IMG/VR virus record: IMGVR_UViG_3300033069_001745
Location: 1-64,000 of that record
DNA from: a virus
Taxonomy: Duplodnaviria > Caudoviricetes
Direction: 5' to 3' (one strand)
Length of the DNA stretch: 64,000 nt
Shown piece by piece: positions 28,232 through 37,445 of the stretch (positions within the stretch are counted from its first letter, which is position 1; every line of letters starts with the position of its first letter). Below the pieces are notes generated by a model that saw only the letters and a list, made by a program, of their open reading frames with translations, did not search any database and had not been told where the DNA came from. Position numbers and translations under genes: made by a program.

Positions 28232-28266
28232 TTTTCCACTTGGTTTCCACAGTTTGATGTGGATAA
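28232..28266. promoter_or_regulatory. Three DnaA-box-like 9-mers
   Basis: TGTGGATAA (28258-66) is the exact reverse complement of TTATCCACA; TTTTCCACT (28232-40) and GTTTCCACA (28243-51) each have one mismatch to TTWTNCACA. Confidence 0.5.
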
Positions 28267-28271
28267 CATGG

Positions 28272-28302
28272 GGGAACCTCCCACCGGCTGAAGGGGGTTC
28301 CC
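28272..28302 (+). terminator. Stem-loop after the tail operon
   Basis: GGGAACCTCC pairs with GGGGGTTCCC (10-bp stem, one G-T pair). Confidence 0.45.
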
Positions 28303-28306
28303 ACCC

Positions 28307-28609
28307 ATGTCCATCGAACTGCACCTGAACCAGCAAATCCTCGCCCTGCGGGTCATCGAGCGCGCCCTGCACTCCCCCGAGGGCTGGAGCTTCCGTGTCG
28401 GCGGGTGCACCGAGCACGTCCAGGTCATCACTTCCCCAGACGCGGTGGCCCTGTGGGGTACGCTCGACCCCGGCGGAGCAGAGATCCTGCACGTCGAGGT
28501 GTACCATGACGACGACCTCCTCCTGGTGCGTCCCTTGGAGGTGCCCGACCCCGAGCGGAAGGTGGAGATCGAGTGGGTGTTCGCTCTGGAGCACTACGTG
28601 GACCGGTGA
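28307..28609 (+). CDS. Hypothetical protein
   Basis: 100 aa; GTGA overlap with the helicase gene. Confidence 0.65.
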   Translation: MSIELHLNQQILALRVIERALHSPEGWSFRVGGCTEHVQVITSPDAVALWGTLDPGGAEILHVEVYHDDDLLLVRPLEVPDPERKVEIEWVFALEHYVDR

Positions 28610-30168
28610 CCGGGCCGTTCTACAGCTCTCCTCGCCTTTACCTCTTCCAGGCGAAGGCCGCGGCGACTAGCTATCTTCGTGATAATAATCTGATTATTTA
28701 TTCCACGGGGATAGGCAAGACCCACATCGCAATGATGACCTCTGCCCTCTTGGCAGAGGATGGTCTCATCGACCACATCCTGGTGGTGTGCGAGGCGAAC
28801 AAGGTCACCGAATGGATCGGTGACTACCGCACCTACTGTAACTTCGAGCGGGTCGAGGGGTATCTAGGGAGCAATCGCCTCCAGCTACTGGTCGATCCGC
28901 CCGACGTGCTGGTCACCACCTACGAGACCTCGCGCAACGACATGGCCCAGAAGCGCCCGGGCAAGCCCCGAGCCCTAGACAGTGGTCCGCTGACCGGAGT
29001 GTTCCAGAACCGGCGGGTACTGGTGATCTACGACGAAGCCAGTCGTCTCAAGAACCGGTCCTCGGGTATCTATCGCCACCATGAGCACTTCTTGGGCCAG
29101 ATGCGCAAGCACGGTGAGGTGCGCACGATGGCACTTACCGCCACTCCGGTGGAGTCGAGCCCGGAGAACGTGTTCAACATCGCTCGCTTGCTCGACCCTA
29201 CAGCGTGCTCGGTGGCCGAGTTCGAGCGACTCTACGTCAAAGGCGGCCGGGATCTTTACGGCAACGCTTTCGGCTACCACCACATCGGGGACCATGACCG
29301 CGTGTGGCCAGGTGAGCCGACGCTCTACGAGCGCATCGCCCATCTCGTGCAGGTGAAGGACAAGTTCGATCTGGACGTGATCGACGAGTTCCCCCACCAG
29401 GTGGAGACCTTCGAATGGGTCGAGCTGCCAGCGGCCACCAAGAAGGTGTACACCAGCTTGGTCAAGACCGATGAGCAGTTCGGCGGCGGCGGGCTCATGG
29501 CGCTTCGCCAGTTCGCGTGCCACCCGGCTTCGCTCCTGACCTCACAGAGCGACCTGGCGGTCTGGGCCCAGCAGAACCTGGGCGAGATCATAGCCAAGCT
29601 GGCGGCGCCCAAGCTGGATGCTCTCCTGCACCATCTGGACCGCTTGGTGCGCGAAGAGGGCCGCAAGGTGGTGGTGTTCACCTTCTTCGGCCAGTCAGTG
29701 CTTCCGTTGATCGTCGGGGCGCTCACCAAGGCGGGCTACTCGGTGGCCCAGTGCCATGGACAGCAGTCGGCCCAGGAGCGTGACGACGAGCGGACTCGTT
29801 TCCGCTCCGGCCCGGCCCAGGTCTACGTTTCCTCCGACGCGGGCTCCCGAGGGGTGAACCTGCCCGAGGCGTCGGTGGTCATCAACTACGAGATGCCCAG
29901 CTTGCACGCTATCTATGAGCAACGCATCAACCGTATCCACCGCATTGACTCCGAGCAAGAATCAGTGCTTGCCTTGACGCTCATCTCCCGGGGAACCGTC
30001 GAAGAAGCTCTGGCCCAGGTGGCCATGGAGCGCAACGCCTGGTTCGACACCTTCGTGTCGGCCACCGAGGCAGCGGGAGTCTCGGTGCAGCGGCCTACGG
30101 CCGAGCTGCGTCGGTCCTTGATGGCCGAAGCGATCCGGCAACCGGTGACCGAAGAGCCTCAGGGCTAG
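28606..30168 (+). CDS. SNF2-like superfamily 2 helicase
   Basis: Walker A STGIGKT; DEAS; LTATP; SRGVNLPEAS; QRINRIHRID. Confidence 0.85.
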   Translation: MTGPFYSSPRLYLFQAKAAATSYLRDNNLIIYSTGIGKTHIAMMTSALLAEDGLIDHILVVCEANKVTEWIGDYRTYCNFERVEGYLGSNRLQLLVDPPDVLVTTYETSRNDMAQKRPGKPRALDSGPLTGVFQNRRVLVIYDEASRLKNRSSGIYRHHEHFLGQMRKHGEVRTMALTATPVESSPENVFNIARLLDPTACSVAEFERLYVKGGRDLYGNAFGYHHIGDHDRVWPGEPTLYERIAHLVQVKDKFDLDVIDEFPHQVETFEWVELPAATKKVYTSLVKTDEQFGGGGLMALRQFACHPASLLTSQSDLAVWAQQNLGEIIAKLAAPKLDALLHHLDRLVREEGRKVVVFTFFGQSVLPLIVGALTKAGYSVAQCHGQQSAQERDDERTRFRSGPAQVYVSSDAGSRGVNLPEASVVINYEMPSLHAIYEQRINRIHRIDSEQESVLALTLISRGTVEEALAQVAMERNAWFDTFVSATEAAGVSVQRPTAELRRSLMAEAIRQPVTEEPQG

Positions 30169-30201
30169 CTCTACTCTAAAGAATTTAGAGTCTGAGCTAG
30201 C
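30164..30201. terminator. Hairpin terminator between convergent genes
   Basis: GCTAGCTC-T-ACTCTAAA gaa TTTAGAGT-CT-GAGCTAGC. Confidence 0.65.
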
Positions 30202-30211
30202 TCACTGAGCG

Positions 30212-30424
30212 TCAGCCCCGGACCTTCCAGGTGGTCATCCAGTCCTCAGGGGTGTGTCCACCCCAGCGGCCACAGCCGCAGTTCCAATCAACCTCGCATT
30301 CACAACCGGGGTTCGCGTCGAGCCAATCCTCCTCTTCGGGAGTGGTTGCGGCCACCCCGTGCTCCAGGGCGTAGGTGCGCTCCCACTCGTCGAGTTCGGC
30401 GTCCGTCAACAGTTCGTTGTCCAT
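30212..30424 (-). CDS. Small acidic Cys-containing protein
   Basis: MDNELLTD...CECEVDWNCGC; GAAGG upstream of the ATG. Confidence 0.55.
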   Translation of the reverse strand: MDNELLTDAELDEWERTYALEHGVAATTPEEEDWLDANPGCECEVDWNCGCGRWGGHTPEDWMTTWKVRG

Positions 30425-30845
30425 GCCTTCACGGTACCCCCGGAGCATCCTCGGGTCAACCTTCTCCAAGAAATTTATTCTTCTACAGTCCGGTTCCCCG
30501 CGATGGCCTCAGCGAGAGTGGGAAGACATCATCCTGCGGAGCCGGTCCAGGGTGAGGGTCGGGGCACACCGATGATGGAGGACCCAGAGAGGACGCCGGA
30601 GGCGTCTAGGAGGGTCCCTCAGGTACCTCGGGCGGTGATCGAACCCCAGACCATCCCGACGAGCCCCGAGCTGAACGACCAGGGTGGCCGCCTGGAGCAA
30701 CTTCCGGTGGATCGTCTTTAGTAGTAATTACCTAAAAGAAAACGACTCCTGGCGATCCACCGGAAGTTTGGGTTGAGAGCAGCCGAGCGAGCCAGGTTGA
30801 GCGATCCATCAGCTTGCTTCGGAGCCGGAGGGGGAGTAGAACGAG

Positions 30846-30882
30846 CAGAGCCCGGTGACCTGTGGAAGATCACCGGGCTCTG
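30846..30882. terminator. Perfect 13-bp stem-loop
   Basis: CAGAGCCCGGTGA-N11-TCACCGGGCTCTG followed by AAATTTGTT. Confidence 0.65.
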
Positions 30883-30913
30883 AAATTTGTTCCTGCGAAA
30901 GAACAGACACAAA

Positions 30914-31075
30914 GAAGGATGAACTTCAATGCGTCAGACAAACACGAAGGAGCTTCAGTGCGTCCTAGACCAGAGGTGAACCGTCCTAGACCAGAGGTGA
31001 ACCTCAGTGCGTCCTAGACCAGAGGTGAACCTCAGTGCGTCCTAGACTCGGAAGGAGCTTCAGTGCGTCCTAGAC
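30914..31075 (+). repeat. Iteron-like direct-repeat array
   Basis: CGTCCTAGAC at 30961, 30982, 31010, 31038 and 31066 (spacing 21, 28, 28, 28); TCAGTGCGTCCTAGAC four times; degenerate copy at 30914-30939. Confidence 0.85.
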
Positions 31076-32259
31076 AATCTACCGCAGATCTGGTAACGGG
31101 CGCAAGCCCTAGGCCACCGAAACCTCGACTCGACACCGATCATCACTGCGACGTGATGGGGTGGTTCGAGCGCCCGGGGGACGAGAAGCTCGTGCTGAAG
31201 CGACTCTTCTGCCGCCAGACCACCTGCCGGACCTGCTGGGAGATCAGGGTTCCGGTCCTCCTGGAGGACGTAGATTTTCTTTTCTTCGAGCCGGATGAGA
31301 TGCCGAAGAAGAAGAACTGGCATCACTACGTGTTCCCGCCCATGCACCACCGCAAGCGCCGGGACACGTGGGTGGGGTGCTTCGAGCCCGCCGACGCCGA
31401 AGAGCGTCAGAGCATCCTGGATCGGTGGTCCGACCGGAAGCGCAAGAGCTTGCCCGATGTGTCCTACTTCTGGATCGAGGACCTCGAAGACCGCATGTGG
31501 CTCTTCGCTGACCAGGACATGTCACTGCGCAAGTTCGGCAAGCGCCGGGCCTTCGAGTGCCTCCTCTACCCGGCGAGCTGGTCAGGCTTCGGGCCTTGGA
31601 ACCAGCTCGAAGAGATTGTCAAGCCGGGGTACAAGACTCGCTCGGCCACCTTCGAGCTGCGCGACTACGCTGTGATCACCAACTGGCGTGAGCGAGACCC
31701 CAACCGCGAGAAGCACACGCTGGTGGCGGTGGTGCCGAGCGGGGTGGCCGGTGAAGCCAACCGGCTGGCTTGGGAAGCCCGGGGCGTAGATGACGGCGAC
31801 TCCCAGCCCGAGGGCCAACCCTCGCTGGTCGGGAACATCCCCGACGACCTCTCCGCGAACGAGGTGGTGGTACACCTCGACCAGGCCCGCTCCACGATGA
31901 TCAAGCGCAAGATGGGGATGACCGACGAGCGGGTGCGCTGCCTCAGCATCTCGGCCGCTCGGTACAACCTGCGCCGGGTTGCCGCCGGGGCGGAAGACTT
32001 CGTGCTCCCGGGCTCCATGGTGGACGAACCCATGCCGGTGATCGAGCCCGAGGTTTCGAGCTTCCGGCCGGTAGTGGTTCCTGGGGGCACCCCGGCTCCT
32101 CGGGCTGGGTCTGGGCCGTCAGGAGCATCACCGCCGAGGTTCGGTCGGGTACCGAAGCCTCAGGCGAGCCCGGCCAAACAGCGAGCCTTGCTGCGCTGGT
32201 GGGCAGGCCAGGACGCCCGACCTCTGACGGCATCACACCGGGTGGTGCTCAGGGAATGA
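31063..32259 (+). CDS. Hypothetical protein with N-terminal Zn-ribbon (C...FCxxxxCxxC), possible origin-binding protein
   Basis: 398 aa; GAAGGAG RBS and GTG start lie inside the last repeat; HCDVMGWF...LFCRQTTCRTCWEIR. Confidence 0.65.
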   Translation: MRPRQSTADLVTGASPRPPKPRLDTDHHCDVMGWFERPGDEKLVLKRLFCRQTTCRTCWEIRVPVLLEDVDFLFFEPDEMPKKKNWHHYVFPPMHHRKRRDTWVGCFEPADAEERQSILDRWSDRKRKSLPDVSYFWIEDLEDRMWLFADQDMSLRKFGKRRAFECLLYPASWSGFGPWNQLEEIVKPGYKTRSATFELRDYAVITNWRERDPNREKHTLVAVVPSGVAGEANRLAWEARGVDDGDSQPEGQPSLVGNIPDDLSANEVVVHLDQARSTMIKRKMGMTDERVRCLSISAARYNLRRVAAGAEDFVLPGSMVDEPMPVIEPEVSSFRPVVVPGGTPAPRAGSGPSGASPPRFGRVPKPQASPAKQRALLRWWAGQDARPLTASHRVVLRE

Positions 32260-32554
32260 GGTTTTCTTTGATGTACTTTATTTGTTCCGAGTAATCGACT
32301 GTGTCGGCCTCATCATTGATAATGATGAGCGCGTTCATATGTCGATCCGAAAGCCAGCTCGGTCGACATTCAGATGGGATAGTGTCGGAGCATCCATCAA
32401 CAGAGAGATCATCGTCGTCACACTCCGCCGCCCCGGCGGCGTGGACGAGCACACCGAGGCAGCACGCGTTGATGTCTCCGGAGTGCGCGATGTACCCGAG
32501 GGCTGACTGCGTGTGGAGGTAGTTGCCGCTCTCTAGTGCATCCAGGGCGAACGA
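32249..32554 (-). pseudogene. Probable degraded or start-less phage gene (DALESGNY...CCLGVL type)
   Basis: Frame is open from 32554 after TGATGA with no canonical start before the DALESG...CCLGVL motif. Confidence 0.35.
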
Positions 32555-32592
32555 TCATCACTGTGCCGCAGACCTGGCACGTCCAGGTCGGT

Positions 32593-32904
32593 TCAATGCC
32601 CATCGTCGGTCCCCATGGCCGCCGCGGCTTGCTTCACGCGATCGGAGCGCATCGTGTCGAGTGACTCTTCAACGGTGGCTCGAAGCTGATCTGAGGTGAG
32701 CCCCCAGGGGGAGCGGATGTTGCACCCCCGGTTGATGATGGTCTCGGGGAGCGCCCCCGGGATGGCCAACGAGAGGTAGAGCATGGTGCCATCGGTCGGG
32801 GTGGGGAAGACGGTGGTCTCCCAGAACACGCCGTCCCCGTTGTCCAACTCCTCCATCCACGATTCGATCCAGTTGTTGATGCGCGCCAACAAGCGCTCGG
32901 CCAT
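32593..32904 (-). CDS. Hypothetical protein
   Basis: MAERLLARINNW..., GGAG RBS, 103 aa. Confidence 0.65.
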   Translation of the reverse strand: MAERLLARINNWIESWMEELDNGDGVFWETTVFPTPTDGTMLYLSLAIPGALPETIINRGCNIRSPWGLTSDQLRATVEESLDTMRSDRVKQAAAAMGTDDGH

Positions 32905-33092
32905 GGGTACTCCGTTCGGGAAAGACAAAGGCCCCCGGACACTGGTCCGAGGGCCTCTATCCGGTTGAAGAAGCGCCGGATATTGGATTACCGAGCGGGG
33001 ATCGCTAACCCGTCGGCATCGGAACCTGCGCTTGTTGGGCACTCTAGTGCCATTCCCTCCTTCCGGCAAGGCAACTCATGATCAACCGGTAG

Positions 33093-33122
33093 TTGACAAG
33101 CCGGGCGCCGGGGTGGCAAGAT
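33093..33122 (+). promoter_or_regulatory. Housekeeping-sigma-type promoter
   Basis: TTGACA-N18-CAAGAT at the start of a rightward operon. Confidence 0.5.
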
Positions 33123-33156
33123 GATCTGGTCCCTCAAGGTTGAAGGAGCACACGAG

Positions 33157-33468
33157 ATGACGGTGACCTACCGCAGAGCGAAGACGGGTGACTGGGTGGC
33201 CTACGGCCCGGTCAGCGAGGTGCGCGAAGGCCCCGTGCGCATCCGCAAGAAGGACGGCTCGGAGAAGATCGACACCGTGGTGCGCCTGGGTGCGCCGTTC
33301 GCCACTGCCCAGGGCGACTACGTCTATGGCTACCTGGCCCCGAAGTCCACGAGTGACAGCGGCCGCTCGAACCGCTCGCGAGCGCCCCACGGGATGATCG
33401 AGTGTGACGAGTGCGGCGACTTCGTGCGCCCCGGTACCCGATGCTGGGAAACCGGGGCGATGCACTGA
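33157..33468 (+). CDS. Hypothetical protein with C-terminal Zn finger
   Basis: GAAGGAG RBS; ECDECG...RCWETG..H. Confidence 0.7.
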   Translation: MTVTYRRAKTGDWVAYGPVSEVREGPVRIRKKDGSEKIDTVVRLGAPFATAQGDYVYGYLAPKSTSDSGRSNRSRAPHGMIECDECGDFVRPGTRCWETGAMH

Positions 33469-33725
33469 TGACCAGCAAGCGTGAGATCGGGGTGTTGCTG
33501 TTCAACGTGCACTCGGGCAAGCATCCCGGAACGTGGCGTTGGTCCGAGCCCCTCCAGTCCGTGGTGTATCTTCCTGCGAACCTGCGGGATCGTGATCAGT
33601 GGTTCCCGTTGATCGAACGCAAGAACAACCTGGAAGGTGCGTTGAGCATGGCTTTGCTTCATGCCTTTCAGGGGCATCACGCTGAATCTCAGCGCAAGAG
33701 AAAGGTGGAACCTCGTGGAGGTTGA
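33468..33725 (+). CDS. Hypothetical protein
   Basis: TGATG coupling; 85 aa. Confidence 0.55.
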   Translation: MTSKREIGVLLFNVHSGKHPGTWRWSEPLQSVVYLPANLRDRDQWFPLIERKNNLEGALSMALLHAFQGHHAESQRKRKVEPRGG

Positions 33726-33945
33726 CGATCTGCTGGATAGCACGGAGCTTGCCGCTCTTCTCGGGGTGACCCGACAGAGCCTGAGTAGCATGCGAGCCCG
33801 GCCGGAGCGCCATCCCCGCATCGCCAACCTCCCTGCACCATTCCGCACGGTGTCCCGAGTGCCGCTGTGGCTCCGGTCTGACATCGAGCGCTGGATGGAA
33901 GACATGAGCGAGACCAGTCATCGCCGCACCGGGCGATCTTCCTAG
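33715..33945 (+). CDS. AlpA/excisionase-like HTH protein
   Basis: LLDSTELAALLGVTRQSLSSM...LPAP...LWLRSDIERW. Confidence 0.75.
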   Translation: MEVDDLLDSTELAALLGVTRQSLSSMRARPERHPRIANLPAPFRTVSRVPLWLRSDIERWMEDMSETSHRRTGRSS

Positions 33946-33975
33946 CGGAAATTCTTTTCTGAGATCGGGCTGACC

Positions 33976-35925
33976 ATGACCACCACGTTTGCCGAGGCGG
34001 AGCTACGCCTGGCCGCCACGCTCCCGGGTTACCAGGAGCGACCCCAGCAACAGGCGCTGGCCAAAGCTGTCGAGGAGTCCATCGCTGATGGCTCGACGCT
34101 TCTTTCGGAAGCTGGTTGCGGAGCTGGTAAGAGCCTTGCCACGCTTATCCCAGCCATCCTTTCTAAGAAGCGCACAATCTTCTCGACGGCGACGAAATCC
34201 TTGCAGGATCAAGTGGCGAATAAGGATTTGCCGTTCTTGCAGGAGAATCTCGGGGAATACTTCTCGTTTGCTCTCTTGAAGGGGCGATCGAACTACCTCT
34301 GTCTCGAAGCGGCCCGGGGCCCGGAAGCTCAGCGAATCCCCGGGATCATCGACATCTTGGACCGCACCGAGGACGACGAGTTCCAGGGGGAGCGCGACGA
34401 CCTCGGGATGGAGGTGTCCAACTCGGACTGGGCCACGCTCACCGTGTCGAGCGAAGAGTGTCCGGGGGCATCGATGTGCCCGTGGGGCAAGGAGTGCTAC
34501 GCCGAGCGGGCTAAGGAGCGAGCCCTGGCGGCTGACGTGGTGGTGACCAACCACGCCATGTTGTGCATCGAAGCGATGCTCGGTGCCTCCGGAGCCCCCG
34601 GGGCCATGTTGGGCGACTTCGAGGTATTGGTGGTCGACGAGATCCACGAACTTGATGGCTACGCCCGCAACGCCTGGACTGCTCGATTGACTGAGCGGAG
34701 CTTTACCCAGATTTGTTCAAATATCCGGGTATGGATGCGCCAGAACACTGACGACGCCGAGATGGACGGGCTCTTGGGAGCGGTGTCCTTCGCGACGAAG
34801 GACCTGTGGGCAATCTTGGCGGAGAATGAGGGCCGCATGCGCCAGAGCGACGTGTTGCGGTTCGAGGACGAGTGGGTGGCGGTCATCGAGTCGCTTCAGG
34901 CTGTGCTCGCCCACTTCCAGGACTGGGAGGGCAAGGGTCGTGACCGCGTCGAGGTGTCGCGCTGGCATCGGCTGTACCGCCGGGTGGAGAACCTCATCGC
35001 TCGCTTGGTGGACATCGTGCTCACCTCGGACCGGGAGATCGTGCGCTCGGTCGAGCACGAGACGATGCGGCGGGGCGATGGGGTGATCACTGTGCTCAAG
35101 TCGGCCCCGGTGGAAGTGGGACCGATTCTCAATAAGGCGCTGTGGCCCCGGGCCACGTCGATCCTGGTGTCGGCCACCGTGCAGGTCGACGGGGGCTTCG
35201 AGTACCCCGCTCGCCAGCTCGGGTTGACCGACTACCGCTCGCTCGACGCCGGGACGCCGTTCGACTTCCGCACCCAGGCGTTGCTCTACGTGCCCCGGCA
35301 CCTCCCGGCCCCCGATGCGGCCACCCGGGAAGCCTGGGCATCTATGGCGTTGGTGGAGATGCGCTCGCTGGTGCGGGAGTCCGAAGGCCGAGCGCTCTTG
35401 CTGTTCACCTCGATTGCCCAGATGCGCACCGCTTATCGGGCGCTCTCGCACATGCTGCCCTACACCTGCCTGATGCAGGGCGAGGAACCGAACAAGGTCC
35501 TGGCCCGCAAGTTCAGCGAGGATGTGCACTCGGTGCTCTTCGCCACCCGTTCGTTCTTCACCGGCATCGACATCCAAGGTGAGTCGCTCTCGCTGGTGGT
35601 GATCGACAAGCTCCCCTTCGCCATCCCGACCGACCCGCTGGTCTCGGCGCAGACCGAGTTGATCGAGGCCCGGGGCGGCAACGCGTTCTCCGACTACATC
35701 ATTCCCGAGATGACGCTCCCCCTTGTGCAAGGGTTCGGGCGCCTGATCCGGACGGTCTCGGACCGGGGCGTGGTGGCCATCTTGGACTCGCGCCTGCTCA
35801 CCAAGGGCTACGGCCGCCGCATCTTGAAGTCACTCCCCCCAGCGCCGCTGACCGAGCGGTTCGAGGACGTGGCTGTGTTCTTCCACCCCGAGGCCGATCT
35901 GGGGAGTCATGGTGCGATTGCATGA
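33976..35925 (+). CDS. dinG: DinG/YoaA-family ATP-dependent helicase
   Basis: EAGCGAGKS; LKGRSNYLC; Fe-S Cys cluster; VVTNHA; DEIH; QGFGRLIR...DRGVVAILDSR. Confidence 0.9.
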   Translation: MTTTFAEAELRLAATLPGYQERPQQQALAKAVEESIADGSTLLSEAGCGAGKSLATLIPAILSKKRTIFSTATKSLQDQVANKDLPFLQENLGEYFSFALLKGRSNYLCLEAARGPEAQRIPGIIDILDRTEDDEFQGERDDLGMEVSNSDWATLTVSSEECPGASMCPWGKECYAERAKERALAADVVVTNHAMLCIEAMLGASGAPGAMLGDFEVLVVDEIHELDGYARNAWTARLTERSFTQICSNIRVWMRQNTDDAEMDGLLGAVSFATKDLWAILAENEGRMRQSDVLRFEDEWVAVIESLQAVLAHFQDWEGKGRDRVEVSRWHRLYRRVENLIARLVDIVLTSDREIVRSVEHETMRRGDGVITVLKSAPVEVGPILNKALWPRATSILVSATVQVDGGFEYPARQLGLTDYRSLDAGTPFDFRTQALLYVPRHLPAPDAATREAWASMALVEMRSLVRESEGRALLLFTSIAQMRTAYRALSHMLPYTCLMQGEEPNKVLARKFSEDVHSVLFATRSFFTGIDIQGESLSLVVIDKLPFAIPTDPLVSAQTELIEARGGNAFSDYIIPEMTLPLVQGFGRLIRTVSDRGVVAILDSRLLTKGYGRRILKSLPPAPLTERFEDVAVFFHPEADLGSHGAIA

Positions 35926-36085
35926 GCTGATCACCAAGTTGACCGAGATCCAGAAGCGGATGATCGGCAGTGAAGACCCCGAAATAATTATCTTGGGGGA
36001 TCATCAAGTGCTGGGGGTGGTGGCGTACTACCCCGCTGACGATGACTTCGACGCCTGGGTCTCGCTCGAAGGGGCGGACCGGTGA
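35912..36085 (+). CDS. Small hypothetical protein (57 aa, below the track cutoff)
   Basis: VRLHELITKLTEIQ...; fills the gap with coupled overlaps. Confidence 0.55.
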   Translation: MRLHELITKLTEIQKRMIGSEDPEIIILGDHQVLGVVAYYPADDDFDAWVSLEGADR

Positions 36086-36318
36086 TCCATCACGTGCCGT
36101 GGTCCGCCCCCGCTCCGGTGACGGTACGGGATCTGGTCACCAAGCTGGAGGCGCTCATGGTGCTGTACCCCGAGCTGGCTGATGCCTGGATCGAGGCCGC
36201 GGCGGGACTGCACACCGTGGTCACCGGGGTGACGCACCTCGACACTGATCCCTCCTGGATGCGTCACGCTGTGGTCTCCTTTCGTCATGAATCTCCGTAC
36301 AATTGGGGTGCAGCTTGA
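36082..36318 (+). CDS. Small hypothetical protein
   Basis: 78 aa; GTGA overlap. Confidence 0.55.
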   Translation: MIHHVPWSAPAPVTVRDLVTKLEALMVLYPELADAWIEAAAGLHTVVTGVTHLDTDPSWMRHAVVSFRHESPYNWGAA

Positions 36319-36560
36319 CCGTCAAGTATTTCCGCCGTCCTCCGAGGGAATACTCTGGGCATATTCATACCCCGAGTGATTACCTTCTCTTCCCGGGATC
36401 TCCTCGTGATCAAGATGTCGCCTTCTGCGATGAATGTTGCCAATGGATCATCTGGAAGCAAGTGGGTGACATCATGGGTGCTGGATGGTGGGAGGCGATC
36501 AGCAAGCGGCGAGCCCGGAGGTTGATCCGTTACGGAGGTGACCCGGCCGTGGTGGAGTGA
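36315..36560 (+). CDS. Small hypothetical protein
   Basis: TTGA overlap; 81 aa. Confidence 0.5.
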   Translation: MTVKYFRRPPREYSGHIHTPSDYLLFPGSPRDQDVAFCDECCQWIIWKQVGDIMGAGWWEAISKRRARRLIRYGGDPAVVE

Positions 36561-36637
36561 TTGCCGCTCCCGGGGGAGAGGCTCAGCTAGAGTGGTGCTC
36601 GGCGGAGAGCGCGAGACCGCCATCGTGCTCGATGCTC

Positions 36638-36689
36638 GGGTGAGCGAGTCGCGGTAGGTGTACCGTCCTCCTGTCGCACTCGCTCACCC
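36638..36689. other. Long intergenic hairpin (terminator or structured leader)
   Basis: GGGTGAGCGAGT pairs with ACTCGCTCACCC (perfect 12-bp stem). Confidence 0.55.
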
Positions 36690-36706
36690 AACCTTCTTCC
36701 CGCCCG

Positions 36707-36961
36707 ATGACGAACGAGAACTCCGTACGTTGGCCCGTGGCTCCCCTGTGGGATGTGGCCGAGGCAACGTCAGCTCATCACCTAGCGGAGCTGCTCGGGG
36801 TGTCTGATCGCACCGTGGTGCGGTGGCTGGTCGTCGGGTTGCTCGACACGCAAGCGGACCGTATGGCGGTGCGCTTGGGGTATCACCCGAGCATGCTGTG
36901 GCCCGAGTGGTTCGATGTTCTGCCCTGCCATCTGCGTCCTCGCCTCTTCGAAGAGGCGTAG
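36707..36961 (+). CDS. HTH DNA-binding protein (XRE/Ner-like)
   Basis: HLAELLGVSDRTVVRW...RLGYHPSMLWPEW. Confidence 0.7.
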   Translation: MTNENSVRWPVAPLWDVAEATSAHHLAELLGVSDRTVVRWLVVGLLDTQADRMAVRLGYHPSMLWPEWFDVLPCHLRPRLFEEA

Positions 36962-36980
36962 ACGTACGAAAGGTGGGTTC

Positions 36981-37403
36981 ATGAAGAGAGTGTTGGCGTT
37001 TGTGTCGCTGGTGGTGGGGCTCGTATTGCTCCTCGCTGGCCCGGCGGCGGCCGACGGTGAACCCGTCGCGGCCAAGACGGGCACCGTGATCACCATGTCG
37101 ATCATGGTCTGGACAGTGCTCCAGGGCACGGTTCTGCCCATCGTGGTCGGGCTGCTCACCCGAGTCGAGGCCCCCGACGTGGTCAAGGTGCTGCTCAACC
37201 TGTTCTTGAACGCCCTGGGCGCCGTGGTGGCCACCATCACCGTGGTGGATGGGGTTGCCGTGCTCTCGACGACTACCCTCGTGACCGCCATCTTGGGCTA
37301 CATTTCGTCGATTGCTGTGCACTACGGCTTTTACCGCCCGTTCAGTGTTACCGGTTCGACCCCCGAGACCAACAGTCTGTGGCCAGAACGTGGTCTTGGT
37401 TGA
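36981..37403 (+). CDS. Holin-like membrane protein
   Basis: 140 aa with a signal-like N-terminus and about three TM segments. Confidence 0.6.
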   Translation: MKRVLAFVSLVVGLVLLLAGPAAADGEPVAAKTGTVITMSIMVWTVLQGTVLPIVVGLLTRVEAPDVVKVLLNLFLNALGAVVATITVVDGVAVLSTTTLVTAILGYISSIAVHYGFYRPFSVTGSTPETNSLWPERGLG

Positions 37404-37410
37404 TCTGGGG

Positions 37411-37439
37411 TTGACACTCTAAGGATTCTTCGGTAGGGT
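37411..37439 (+). promoter_or_regulatory. Housekeeping-sigma promoter, probably leaderless
   Basis: TTGACA-N17-TAGGGT; ATG 6 nt downstream of the -10 with no RBS. Confidence 0.65.
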
Positions 37440-37445
37440 GATCAC

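Noticed and set aside
30914-31075. CRISPR array
   Set aside because: The units are near-contiguous tandem repeats with no unique spacers, and there is no cas operon
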